From Octopus sinensis (taxonomy: Eukaryota): 64,000 nt of DNA. The DNA lies in assembly GCF_006345805.1 (NCBI RefSeq), contig NC_043017.1, forward strand, positions 25,482,001-25,546,000. Direction: 5' to 3'. This document shows positions 49,601 through 63,859 of the stretch, in pieces. The notes beneath the pieces were generated by a model. The model saw nothing but the letters and a program-made list of their open reading frames with translations. It ran no database searches and had not been told where the DNA came from. Each line of letters starts with the position of its first letter. The stretch's first letter is position 1. A program made the translations under genes and the position numbers.

Positions 49601-49939
49601 AGCTGGTCATGCAGGAGCCTGCATCACGCTTCTGTGTCTGTCTTGGCCAGGTTTTTATGGCTGGATGCTCCTTCCTAACACCAACAACTCCACAGATTGG
49701 GCTGAGTGCTTTTTACGTGGTACTCACACAGGTGAGGTCAGTTTTGGTGCATATGTATTGAACTCGGGAGCTTACTGAGATACCTAGCTGGCAGTTGTTG
49801 TGTTGGTGGTGCTGGGAGTGGGTAGTGGTGGTGGTGACAAAGGTGTTGTTGTTGGTGGTGGTGGTGTGGAGATTGATTGGCGGTGGCAACACAAGTGTTG
49901 GATGGTGGAGGTTGATTGGTAGCGGTGGTGTTGTTGGCA

Positions 49940-50170
49940 GTAAGCTGGCAGAAACGTTAGCACGCTGGGCGAAATGCTTAGCGGTATTTCGGCTGCCGTT
50001 ACATTGTGAGTTCAAATTCCGCCGAAGTTGACTTTGCCTTTCATCCTTACGGGGGTCGATAAATTAAGTACCAGTTACGCACTGGGGTCGATGTAATCGA
50101 CTTAATACCTATGTCTGTCCTTGTTTGTCCCCTCTATGTTTAGCCCCTTGTGGGTAATAAAGAAATAGGT
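49940..50170 (+). mobile_element. SINE family B, monomer
   Basis: Full copy. Confidence 0.9.
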
Positions 50171-50171
50171 A

Positions 50172-50789
50172 GTTATGCTAGTGGTGGGTGGTGCCAGTTA
50201 GGAATGTGGAAGTATTGAAAGCAGAGAAAAAGGGAAAAAGAAAGAAAGCGGTACAAAAAGGACATGAAGAAACATTATGTGACAAGAGACTATGCAATTT
50301 AATTCCCTGTAGCCACAACAGAAGTTGCTGGAAAACATAGGTGAGACTGGCTGCTGAAGAAAGGAACCCTAAAAAAAGAGACTGGAGAGCATTATATTGG
50401 CAGCACAAGACCAAGCTTTGGCAATGAACTGGGGGGGGGGGGTGAACCTTAAGAATGAGCAAGTGCCTCTGCTGTGCTGCATCTGTAATAGAGTAGACAA
50501 AACCGTTGCCTAGATCATGAACAAATGCCCTAGACTTGCCCGAAACCTCTATAAGTTGGGGCAACATGATCAGGTAGCAAAAGTGCTACACTGGAAACTG
50601 TGCGAAAAATGAGGGCTAGAGGCGCAGGAGTGGCTGCGTGGTAAGTAGCTTGCTAACCAACCACATGGTCCCGGGTTCAGTCGCACTGCATAGCATCTTG
50701 GGCAAGTGTCTTCTGCTATAGCCTCGGGCTGACCAAAGCCTTGGGAGTGGATTTGGTAGATGGAAACTGAAAGAAGCCTATCGTATATA

Positions 50790-50841
<52 letters not shown>

Positions 50842-51490
50842 ATATGTTTGTCTGTGTTTGTCCCTCTAGCATTGCTTGACAACTGATGCTGGTGTGTTTA
50901 TGTCCCTGTCACATAGCAGTTCGGCAAAAGAGACCGATAGAATAAGTACTGGGTTTACAAAGAATAAGTCCCGGAGTCGATTTGCTCGACTAAAGGCGGT
51001 GCTCCAGCATGGCCGCAGTCAAATGACTGAAACAAGTAAAAGAGTAAAGAGAGAGAGAGAGGCAAGACGTGGTATGAGCACAAACCGTAGAGAGAGACAG
51101 AGTCGGAGACTAGCAAAATTCTCTGGGATTCCCAATCCAAACAGATCAAGCGCTAGGGCATAACAGAACGAACCTAGTGGTGGTTGACAAGATGCACCAC
51201 ATGTGCTGTATAGTTGATGTTGCGTGCCACTTTGTCCCATGAATAGTCAAGAAGGAAAGCCGAAGAGTAGATTAATGCAACCCTCTTAAGTACGAAATAG
51301 CCCAGCTATCCAAAATGAAGATGGTGAAGATAGTGCCAATTATTGTTGGGTCTCTGGGGACAGTATCAAAAGGTATCAAGGGGATTGAAAAGGAAATTAG
51401 AATAGAGAGGACCCAGTTGACCTGTTACAAAAGATCTGCCTCCTTGGCCCGGCCAGAATGATCGGGAAAGCATTAGATAGCTGAAAAGAA
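50172..51490 (+). pseudogene. decayed R4/Dong-clade LINE 3' part (zinc knuckle plus RLE), split by a SINE A at 50617-51062
   Basis: Fragments WLLKKGTLKKET..LAAQDQAL, C..C...KCPRLA..Y...HDQVAKVLHWKLC, KILW(D)FPIQTD...HNRTNL(=PDI)VVVDK, IVPIIVGSLGTV, LLQKICLLGPARMI; frameshifts and stops. Confidence 0.85.
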
Positions 51491-51499
51491 TCTTCTTCT

Positions 51500-51531
<32 letters not shown>

Positions 51532-51600
51532 TTCTTCTTCTTCTTCTTCTTCTTCTTCTTCTTCTTCTCCTCCTCCTCCTCCTCCTCCTCCTCCCGCTGT
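51490..51600. repeat. (TTC)n(TCC)n microsatellite
   Basis: Direct reading. Confidence 0.95.
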
Positions 51601-51999
51601 TGCTGTTGTAAGCACAAAACCTTAAATTTTGCGTGGGGGGGGGGGAGAGCCAGTCACTTACATGGACCCCAGTACTCAACTGGTACTTATTTTACTGTCC
51701 CTGGAAGGATGAAAGGCAAAGTTGACCTCTGCGGCATTTGAACTCAGAACGTAAAGAGCAGAAAAGAAAAAGAAGCTGCTAAACACTTAGTCCAACATGC
51801 TAACAGTTCTGGTAGCTCCACAACAACAACAACAACAACAACAACAATAATAAATCAGTTTATGTTTGTGAGTGAACAGGTTAAATATGTCATGTTATAT
51901 TGTAAAATATGTTTATTAATTATTTACTGTGCGTTATGTGATTTGGATAATTCTTTGAGAGGTGAGAGACAAGGTGACTGGGGGCTTGAAGTTGATTGC

Positions 52000-53815
52000 T
52001 GCTGCTGGTGATGATGATGATGATGATGATGAGGATGATGAATTTTATGGAGATGCTGATTATAACAGTGAGGGCGTTAGTGATGGTGTTGAGGAAGTTG
52101 GCGGAAGTAATGATGGTGTTGGCTGTGGTGGTGGAGCCGATGGTAGTGGTGATGGTGGAGTTGGTGATGGTGATGGTGGTGGAGCCGATGGTAGTAGCAG
52201 TGATGATGATGGTGGTGGTGGCAGTGGAGCTGATGATGGTAAGAGTGATAATGGTGGTAGTGGTGGTGGTGGTGATGATGCTAATGATGGTGGTTGTGAT
52301 GATGATGGCGATGGTGGTAGTAAAAATTGGTGGAAGTGGTGGTGATGGTGGAGTCAATGTTAATAGTAGTTTTGATGGCGGTGGCAGTGGAGCTGATGAT
52401 AGTGGTAGTGGTGATGGTGGAGTCTAGTGGCAGTGGAGCTGATGATGATGACAATGGTTGTGATGATGATGACGATGATGATGACGATGGTTGTGATGAT
52501 GATGACGATGATGATGACGATGGTTGTGATGATGATGATGACGATGGTTGTGATGATGATGACAATGGTTGTGATGATGATGACGATGGTTGTGATGATG
52601 ATGATGATGGTTGTGATGATGATGATGATGATGACGATGGTTGTGATGATGATGACAATGGTTGTGATGATGATGACGATGATGATGACGATGGTTGTGA
52701 TGATGATGATGACGATGGTTGTGATGATGATGACAATGGTTGTGATGATGATGACGATGGTTGTGATGATGATGATGATGGTATTGATGATGATGATGAT
52801 GATGGTGGTGATGATGACGATGGTTGTGATGATGATGACAATGGTTGTGATGATGATGACGATGGTTGTGATGATGATGACGATGGTTGTGATGATGATG
52901 ATGATGATGACGATGGTTGTGATGATGATGACAATGGTTGTGATGATGATGACGATGATGATGACGATGGTTGTGATGATGATGACGATGGTTGTGATGA
53001 TGATGACGATGGTTGTGATGATGATGATGATGGTGGCGATGGTTGTGATGATGATGACAATGGTTGTGATGATGATGACGATGGTTGTGATGATGATGAT
53101 GATGGTTGTGATGATGATGATGATGATGACGATGGTTGTGATGATGATGACAATGGTTGTGATGATGATGACGATGATGATGACGATGGTTGTGATGATG
53201 ATGATGACGATGGTTGTGATGATGATGATGACGATGGTTGTGATGATGATGATGACGATGGTTGTGATGATGATGACAATGGTTGTGATGATGATGACGA
53301 TGGTTGTGATGATGATGATGATGGTATTGATGATGATGATGATGATGGTGGTGATGATGACGATGGTTGTGATGATGATGACAATGGTTGTGATGATGAT
53401 GACGATGGTTGTGATGATGATGACGATGGTTGTGATGATGATGACGATGGTTGTGATGATGATGACGATGGTTGTGATGATGATGATGACGATGGTTGTG
53501 ATGATGATGACGATGGTTGTGATGATGATGATGACGATGGTTGTGATGATGATGACGATGGTTGTGATGATGATGATGATGGTATTGATGATGATGATGA
53601 CGATGGTTGTGATGATGATGACGATGGTTGTGATGATGACGATGGTTGTGATGATGATGACGATGGTTGTGATGATGATGATGATGGTTGTGATGACGAT
53701 GGTGGCAGTGATAATGGTGGTGGTATGATGCTGATGACGGTGGTGGCAATGATAATGGTTGTGGCGGTGTCGGTGGTGCTTGAGATAATGATGATTATGA
53801 TGATAATGCTGGTGT
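52000..53815. repeat. GAT-derived minisatellite (gatgatgatgacgatggttgt, about 18-30 bp units) with GGT/GAT flanks
   Basis: Direct reading; the rare ggtattgat variant recurs at about 52780, 53325 and 53581, indicating higher-order duplication. Confidence 0.95.
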
Positions 53816-54423
53816 TGATTAGACCCTCACCTGCCTTCAAGTTCTTGGCATTCACTTAAGCCCTGGCGTCGTTACAGCGGCTAATATTAACTTTAACGTG
53901 GAACCGCAGATTGTAAGAGCGGAGACAGGTTAAGTAAGTCGCACCATCTTTTAGCATCTTCGCAGCTTTGTCGCTTCACTGCTTTGTTCGTTTGAAGAAT
54001 CCGACAGAAATTTCTCTGCAATTTGCACCGATGGCGCTAGGAGCAGCAGCAGTGGTGGTGGTGGTGGTGGTGGTATCGTTGGCAGTTGTTGCGTTGGTGG
54101 TGCTGGGAGTGGGTGGTGGCGGTGGTGGTGATGGTGTCGTTGGCGGTAGTTGTTATGCTAGTGGTGGTGGTGATGGTGTCGTTGGCGGTAGTTGTTATGC
54201 TAGTGGTGGTGGTGGTGGTGATAGTGGCAGTGGTGGCGGCGGTTGTTGTTGTTGGTGGTGGTGGTGTTGGCAGTTATTGTGTTGGTGGTGCTGTGAGTGG
54301 TGGTTGTGATGGTACTGATGTAGTTGATGTGATGGTGGTGATGGTGCTGTTGGCGGTAGTTATGCTGGTGGTGATGTCAGTGGCAGTGGTGGTGGTGATT
54401 GGTGTTGGTGGTGGTATTGGAGT

Positions 54424-54655
54424 GGCGAGCTGGCAGAAACGTTAGCACACCGGGCGAAATGCTTAGTGGCATTTCGTCTGCCGTTACGTTCCGAGTTCAA
54501 ATTCCGCCGAGGTCGACTTTGCCTTTCATCCTTTCGGGGTCGATTAAATAAGTACCAGTTACGCACTGGGGTCGATATAATCGACTTAATCCGTTTGTCT
54601 GTCCTTGTTTGTCCTCTCTGTGTTTAGCCCCTTGTGGGTAGTAAAGAAATAGGTA
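54424..54655 (+). mobile_element. SINE family B, monomer
   Basis: Full copy ending gaaataggtatt. Confidence 0.9.
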
Positions 54656-55559
54656 TTGGAGTTTGATTGGTGGTAATGGTGATGGTGGTGGGTGACGAAG
54701 GTGTCTGTTGGTGATGGTGTTGGCGGTTGATCAGTGGTGGTGATGATGGTGGTGAGCGAGGTATTGGCAGTGGTATCACCAGGGTCGGCAGCAGCGGTGG
54801 TGATGACAATGATGATGGTGGCTGAGGTATCAGTTGCTGATGGTAGATGTAGCAGTAGTATTGACGGTGCTAGTGGTCTCAGTTAGAGATGGCGGGGTTC
54901 ATGGTAGTGGCAGCAGTGGTGAGAATGATGGTGGCTGTAGTATCAGTAATGGCGATGGGGTTGGATGTGGATGTTGGATGGGGTTGGTCATGGTGGTAGT
55001 ATGAATAGTAATGACTCTGCTTCCGGTGGTGTCGGTGGTTGTTGTTGCTGCTGTTACAGCGCTGGCAGTTGTTCTCATAACTGCATTGTTTTTGTTATTG
55101 TTATTAGTGGAGGTGGTAGCGTTGGTGGTAGTGGTCGTGGTATTGCCATTGGCTTATGTTGTTGTTGTTGTTGTTGTTGGTTGTAGTGGTGGTGGTGGCC
55201 GCGGCGGCGGTGGTGCATCTGTCATAGTGCAGTGTTGTTGTTGTTGTGTTATGGTGGTGGTGGTAGTGGACATGGTATTGCCATTGGCTTATATTGTTGT
55301 TGTTGGTGGTGCATCTGTCATAGTGCAGTGTTGTTGTTGTGTTATGGCAGTGGTGGTGGTCGGGGTTGGGTTGGTGTCGGCGGCCGTTCTGCTAACTTGT
55401 TACATGCCAACTAATGACTAGTCGGGAAATCTATTTGCAGAAATCCATTTCATTCAAAGGCAGGTTTGCGTACAAAGTAATCACCAATCAATACGACCGA
55501 GGCTAACTAGAGATTATCTCTGGCACCACCACCACCACCACCTCCACGCCTCCTGTGCC

Positions 55560-56030
55560 ACTTCACTCTTCCTCTTCCTATCATCATCATCATCATCATC
55601 GTTGCTGTTGTTTTCTTCTTCTTCTTCTTCTTCACTTTCTTCTTCTTCATCACTTAGTTCTTTTTTTCTTCTTCTTCTCTTCTTCTTCTTCTTCTTCTTC
55701 TTCTTTTCTTCTTCTTCCAATTCTTCTTCTACTTGTTGTTGTTGTTCTTCTTCTTCTTTTCTTCTTCTCCTTCTTTTCTTCTTCTTCTCCTTCTTCTTCC
55801 TCCTCTTCTTCTTCTCCTCCTCCTTCTTCTTCTTCTTCTTTTGCTTCTCCTACTTCTTCTTCTCTTCTCCTCCTCATTCTTCTCCTCCTCCTTCTCCTTC
55901 TTCTTCTTCATCACTTTCTCCTTCTCCTTCTTCTTCTTCTTCTTCTCCTTCCAATTCTTCTTCTTCTTCTCCTCCTCCCCCTCCTCCACTGCCGTCATTA
56001 TCGGTTTCTTTTCTTTTCTTTTTCTTCTCT
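55560..56030. repeat. (CTT)/(CTC)n microsatellite block
   Basis: Direct reading. Confidence 0.95.
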
Positions 56031-56269
56031 TTCCCAAGCTATTCTCAATAGGTAAATTGCTTAAACAGTTCTGGTTGTGTTCAGTTCTTTTCCTGGAACT
56101 TTGCAGACAAAACAGTCGACACTTGTTTTAATTAAATGACGATAAAAATATTTGTCTTCCCGATTTGTTTTCTGCTTTGCGTTATCTCATTGTTTTTGTC
56201 TCTCCTCATTTTACGAATTCTCTCTTTGGTCATGTGTTCGTTAGAAAGTTGCTAAAAATATATATTTAG

Positions 56270-56903
<634 letters not shown>

Positions 56904-56939
56904 CGTGTGTGTGTATATACGTTTTTATTTTTATCTCTT

Positions 56940-57174
56940 TATTTTTTATTTTATTTGCTTCAGTCATTTGACTGCGGCCATGCTGGAGCATCGCCTTTAG
57001 TCAAACAAATCGACTCTAAGACTTATTCTTTGTAAGCCTAGTACTTATTCTATCAGTCTCCTTTGCCGAACTGCTAAGTTACGGGGACACACTGGCATCG
57101 GTTGTCAAGCGATGTTGGGGACACATGCATATGCATACAAAAACTCACATATATATGCATATATATATATATGC

Positions 57175-57209
<35 letters not shown>

Positions 57210-57212
57210 CAT

Positions 57213-57246
<34 letters not shown>

Positions 57247-57320
57247 TCACACATCAGGCTTCTTTCAGTTTCTATCTACCAAATCTACTCACAAGGCTTT
57301 GGTCGGCCCCAGGCTATAAT
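56940..57320 (-). mobile_element. SINE family A
   Basis: 3' two-thirds of the element. Confidence 0.85.
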
Positions 57321-58107
57321 AGGAAACACATGGCGTCATTTGGAGGCTAAAAGTGCAAAAAATACATTGTGACCAGTGATGTGTAACAACATCTGGGAGC
57401 CTGGTCAGTTACATGATCACGTGATAAATAAATATATATATATATTATATACATAGGTGCAGGAGTGGCTGTGTGGTAAGTAGCTTGCTTACCAACCGCA
57501 TGGTCCTGGGTTCAGTCCCACTGTGTGGCAGTATCTTCTGCTATAACATGGGCCAACCAGAACCTTAAGAGTGGATTTGATAGAGAGAGACTGAAAAAAA
57601 AGCCTATCACATATGCATATGTTATGTTTGTATGTACATACATTTGTACATGCTAGTATGTATTTATGTGTACTCATCGCGACATCGTCCAATAATTGTA
57701 AATGAGCATTACTGTTAAACAAGTGGTGTCATTTGTTTCCTGTCTTCCATGGTGGGGAAAATGTGAACCTTGCATAGAAACAGATAAGGGTTGGTTACAG
57801 GAAGGCCATCTGGCTGTAGAAAAACCTGTCTCCACATTATACCGTCTGACCCATGCAAGCACAGAGAAGTCACAGAGAAGTGGACTTTCAATAAAACGAT
57901 GATGATGGTGGTGGTGGTGGTGGTGGTGATGATAATGATGATGACAACGATGATGATGACAACGACGACGATGATGATGATGACATGCCACCCACACTAA
58001 AGCCATTGCTTGACAAGAACAAAATGTCCCTTTGTCTATACTGTGTCAGTTTTTACTCCAAATTGTCGGTGGCCTGCCTTTGCTGCTTCTTGTGGATTTT
58101 TATTCAG

Positions 58108-58134
58108 AGTTTCTGCTCTCCTGCGTGGTTTCAA
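58108..58134 (+). CDS. candidate 27-nt symmetric microexon
   Basis: Acceptor gtggatttttattcag, consensus donor CAA|GTAAGT; open in all phases. Confidence 0.35.
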
Positions 58135-58868
58135 GTAAGTTCTTCAAGCTTTCGGCTGGATTAGCATCACAACGATAACCTGCCAAGCTCAGTGAGTCAC
58201 CACGTTGAACATGGCTGTTGGCCATCTCAGTGACTCTTGACAGAAGCAGCTGCGTTGAGAGAGAGAGAGAGAAGACCACGCTTTGTGATCAGAGAGCATA
58301 AATGCAAATGCCAGCAGTTAGGGATGTGCCCTTAATGAAAAAGGAAATAGCAGAAATAATAATTATTGATTAGCTGAAACTTACAGTTCTCGGTTGATGC
58401 ACTTTTCTTTAGAAATTGGGCAGAATATGAGAAGTTCAATGAGCCACTGTGTTGAACATGGCTGTTACCTGCCTAAGTGAATTTTCACAGAAGCTGCTGA
58501 GAAAGAGAGAGAAATACTATTCAGAGAGCATACACGCACGCACACAAATGTTTGTTTGTGTATGAGCATGTGCATATATATACACTCAGATCATTTTGAA
58601 TCAAGTTTTGTCTCCGTTAACGGGGGTGGCCGGATCTACCTCAGTGCCGTAGCAACCGCTCTCATACCATCTCACCTGGTTTTGGTGAGATAATAATAAT
58701 GATAATAATTGTTTTGTCTTGGTATAAAAGATGGGCTACAGCAAATATTCTGCTCAATACCACAGATTTGCTTGTCAGTTGTTTGACCGTAACCTGTTGA
58801 GCATATCCTTCTGTGGCTGATGGTATGTGCATCTCGACATTGAGCAGAAGTAGTGGGGGAACATCAAA

Positions 58869-58927
<59 letters not shown>

Positions 58928-59620
58928 TTACATACACTTACACAAATGTGTCTGTGTGTGTGTGTGTGTGTGTGTGTCCTCATCTCTTTCCATGTGATAT
59001 ATATATGTGTGTGTGTGTGGTGTAAATGACTGAAACAAGTAAATGAATAAATAAATATAGATATGAATCCACTCACAAAGCCTTGTGAGTGGATTTGGTA
59101 GATGAAAACTGAAAGAAGCCTGTCATATATATATATCTATATGTTTGTGTGCCTGTGTTTCTTCTCCCACCATTATTTGACAACCGATGTTGATGTGTTT
59201 ACATCCTCGTAACTTAGTGGTTCGGCAAAAAAAGAGACTGATAGAATAAGTACTAGGCTTACAAAAACTAAGTCCTTGGGTCGATTTGCTCAACTAAAGG
59301 CATTGCCCTAGCATGGCTGCAGTCAAATGACTGAAACAAGTAAAACAATATATATAAATAATTGTCATCATCATTCAGTGTCCATTTCCCTTGCTGGCGT
59401 GGGATGGATGGTTTGATAGGGGCTGGCTAGGCAGACGACTGCACCAGGCTTCGCTGTCTGTTTAGGCAGACTTTTCACGGCTGGATGCCCTTCCTAACAC
59501 CAACCACCTTACAGAGCAGACAGGGTGCTCTTTACGTAGCATCAGCACTGGTAAGGCCTGTTTTGGCATGGTTTTTACAGCTGGATGCCCTTCCAAACAC
59601 CAACCACTGTACAGTATGGG

Positions 59621-59654
<34 letters not shown>

Positions 59655-59884
59655 CCTGTGTGAATTGACTGTATGATTTACTGGTGAATCTAGTACTGCT
59701 TATAGAGCATCTTCCACTAAGCACCCACTGCAGAGGATGCAAAAAACAGCAATAATGAAACAACGAAACAAGTGTAAGCAACAGATGGTTAAACTGCACT
59801 TTATGCTTATACTTTTTCTGTATACATATATATATATATATATGAACATATATATGAAATACACACATTACACACACATATATA

Positions 59885-59923
<39 letters not shown>

Positions 59924-60499
59924 ACGTTCTGCCTTCACCTCACATGTCACATCAATTATCTTTCCCACACATTATAATTTGCGATTCAAACTCTCTCCCT
60001 GTTTTCCTTCATCACTTCTGCATCTCTACTGCTCTCCATTTCTTTCAACAGAGTTAATTTCATACAAGCTCTCTCCCTCTCCCTCTACTTCTTGATCTTC
60101 ATATTTATCTCTCTTTAATTTCCACCACCTGCCCCTACTCCTTTTGCCCTCTCTACCCTCTACATAATCTCTCTCATGTTTTTCTCACTCTGGTTTTTTT
60201 TTTTCTTTTTCTTTTCTTTTCTTTTTTTTTTTCGTTTCTGGAACAAAAGCCAAAAACCAAAGAGAGGAAACAATAAAAAAAAATGCAAAATACAAACCCA
60301 GTTCAACAAACAAACAAACAAACAGCAGCAACAACAATCACAATAACAATAGCAACAGCGATAATAATAGTAATAAATATAACAACAAAGATAATTAAAA
60401 ATTGCAAAAGGAAACAAATATGTTTTAGAAAAAAACATAAAAAGAGAGCCTTAAGTGGTTGTTTTTTTTCTTTTAATATATGCAATTTCCTTAGTATTT

Positions 60500-60722
60500 A
60501 AAGCTTTTGTTGTGATTTATATGTGTGTGTGTGTATATATATATACCCACACACACATGTATATATTCATGTATGCATGCATACAAATACATATATGTAT
60601 GCATATATATATGTGTGTGTGTATATATATAGGTATTCATGTATATTTGCATATATGATATATATATGTATACATATGTATGTGTGTATATGTGTGTGTG
60701 TGTATATATATGTATGTATATA

Positions 60723-60755
<33 letters not shown>

Positions 60756-61036
60756 GTGTGTGTGTGTATATATGTGTGTGTGTGTATATATATATATAGG
60801 TATTCATTATATGTGTGTGTATATATATATATATATATATAGGTATTCATGTATATGTGTATATATGATATATATATATATATGTGTATATATATACATA
60901 TGTATACAGCATGGAAGGCGGACATTAAACGATGATGATGATGATGCACTCACACACACACACACATGCATCCATACTTATGTATATACATAGATATTTG
61001 CACTGACACACACACACTCACACATCACATATCTTC

Positions 61037-61067
<31 letters not shown>

Positions 61068-61438
61068 CATGCATGTGTGATCGTAGTGTACGATCGTAAG
61101 CGTGCACAAATGTTCATGAAACACACATACATACACACACACGAACATGTACAACTTCCGGCAGAATCTTTATTGTTTGGGATTTTTCTGTATTCTTCAA
61201 GTTATATCTTATTTTTAACAGGCTGTGTGTGTGTGTGTGTGCATGTATACATACATACATACACACACACACTATTATGTATGTATAAATATCTATATAT
61301 AAATATTCATGTTGTATATCTTGTATGATATGTTTGATGTGTACGTATATTGTATATTACATGTATATAGTTTTACATATGCATACATACGTATATATAT
61401 ATATATATATGTATATATATGTATGTACATATATATAT

Positions 61439-61479
<41 letters not shown>

Positions 61480-61523
61480 TATATGTATGTATATATGTAT
61501 GTATATATATATTATATAATATA

Positions 61524-61555
<32 letters not shown>

Positions 61556-61600
61556 GATATATATACATATATATATATATGTTATATACACACATTAATA
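60500..61600. repeat. TA/TG microsatellite blocks
   Basis: Direct reading. Confidence 0.95.
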
Positions 61601-62469
61601 TACACATTCTTATCTATTCCAGTTGGCCCAGAAATACATTAAAGCAAAGATAAATTTCCAATATTTAATGCAAAAAAAGTAAGTTTCATTCCTTCTTTTT
61701 CTCTTTCTTTCTTTCTTTCACTTAATTCCTTGTGTTTTTACATTTTTATTAGCTTACACACACAACACATGTATTCTTTATACAATATATATATACATCT
61801 ATATCTTATTTTATATATGTGTATATATATATCATATGAAGGTTGGTGTGGGGAAACAGGAAATGTTTGTTCCTCGTGTCTTTGTTCTGTGTTTGTTTTG
61901 TTTGTAATGTTTGCCAATATTTTTGTTTGTGCTTTGCGTATATATCTTTCTAAATACACATACATATACACACGTATACACATCTGTGCATATACACACA
62001 TGTATATATGTGTATGTATAAGTTCATATTATGTAGTTGTTATATATACATATACACACACATAGATATGTTCATATTGTATGCATGTGTTTCTGTGTAT
62101 ATAAAAATGTATATATATATATATGTATATACACACTCATATGTATAAATAGCATCCTATAACTGGATGCCCCTCCCATTTTCAACCTTTGCTCTTCCCT
62201 GTCTTCGGCTGTTTCACCATTCCAGCTGTTTTTGTTTATGGTGTATATAAACAATGTCACTGCTAAAACTGTGTCAAGCAAAATACACAATAAGAGGAAA
62301 AGAATTTGCATTTATTTACTCGGAATTAACTGGCATATAAATCAATTATAGCCCTAGGTACACATACACACATATACATGTATATGTACACATACACACG
62401 TATAAGTACACATACACACACACACACATATGTAGACATACATATGCATACACATATATGTACACACAC

Positions 62470-62684
62470 TTTTTTACTTGTTTCAGTCATTTGATTGCGG
62501 CCATGCTGGAGCACCGCCTTCGGTCGAGCAAATTGACCCCAGGACTTATTCTTTGTAAGCCTAGTATTTATTCTATCGGTCTCTTTTGCCGAACCGCTAA
62601 GTTACAGGGACATAAACACACCAGCACCGGTTGTCAAGCAATTTTGGGTAGGGGGGACACAGACACACAAACATATACATACAA

Positions 62685-62729
<45 letters not shown>

Positions 62730-62900
62730 GTGTGTGTGTGTGTGTGTGTATATACATATGTATGATGGGCTTCTTTCAGTTTCCGTCTACCAAATCTACT
62801 CACAAGGCTTTGGTTGACCCAAGACTAGAGTAGAAGACACTTGCCCAAAGTGCCATGCAGTGGGACTGAACTCAGAACCATGTGGTGGGAAGTATATATA

Positions 62901-62943
<43 letters not shown>

Positions 62944-63090
62944 CTTCTTTCAGTTCTATCTACCAAATCCGGCTTTTGTTGGCCTGAGGCTATAGTAGAA
63001 GACACTTGCTCAAGGTGCCATGCTGTGGAACTGAACCCAGAACCATGTGTTTGAGTAGCAACCTGCTTAGCAAACAGCCATGCCTGCGCC
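62470..63090 (-). mobile_element. SINE family A, one full copy plus a repeated 5' half
   Basis: Copies at 62470-62890 and 62940-63090. Confidence 0.85.
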
Positions 63091-63859
63091 TGTATATGTA
63101 CACACATACAGATGTATCAAAAACCTGCCGTTTATGTTAGCCAAGGTAGACAAAACGCTACCCACACAAAAACCATAAATATTTATTATCATAATTACGA
63201 AACAAATATCAAAAGTGAATTATTCCTATTTCATTATGAAAATGCTAATTTAACAATGCATGGAATTCAGTGTGTAACTCAATCAAATGGCTACAATTTA
63301 AGTATTGGACAGGTATAATAAGCACTGCCTTTCAAGTGCAATGTTTATACTGAGTGTAAAACAATTAAATGCACATCCCATGTGTTTGACTCCGTAATAC
63401 ATAAAATGCAGAGCTAATGGAAGCTGAATAATAACTGGCTCCATTAAGTGTCATTGTAAAGTGAAAGTGAAACTAGGCACATGTGAGTGTGTGTGTGTTA
63501 GCCTCTAAGGATTGAAGTAATTTTAAGAGGTACTATATGAGTCTTTGTGAATGTATAGACTGGTAATTGAAAATGTGTCTAAATGCAGTTGCGTACAAAA
63601 TGCAAATGTGCATTGGATGCAAGCGTGGCTGTGCGGTTTAAGAGGCTTGCTTTGCAGCAGCCTTATAGCCTTGCTTTGGGATCAGTCCTACTGCATGGCA
63701 CGTTTGACAAGTTTTTTTCTAGCATAGCCCCAGGCTGACCAATGCTCTCAGAGTCAATTTGGTTGATGGAAACTGTGTGGAAGCCTGTCATATGTATATG
63801 TATTTGCACCAACCTTCTTCACATTATTTCCCACATTGTTTCTTATTTTCTTACTGTCC

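Noticed and set aside
58377-58440. Minus-strand microexon-like signal (CT|GTAAGT)
   Set aside because: Isolated, weak acceptor, and no other convincing minus-strand exons were found.
63112-63318. 68-aa ORF and 42-nt exon-like segment at 63271-63312
   Set aside because: Weak polypyrimidine tract, AT-rich composition and no recognisable motif.
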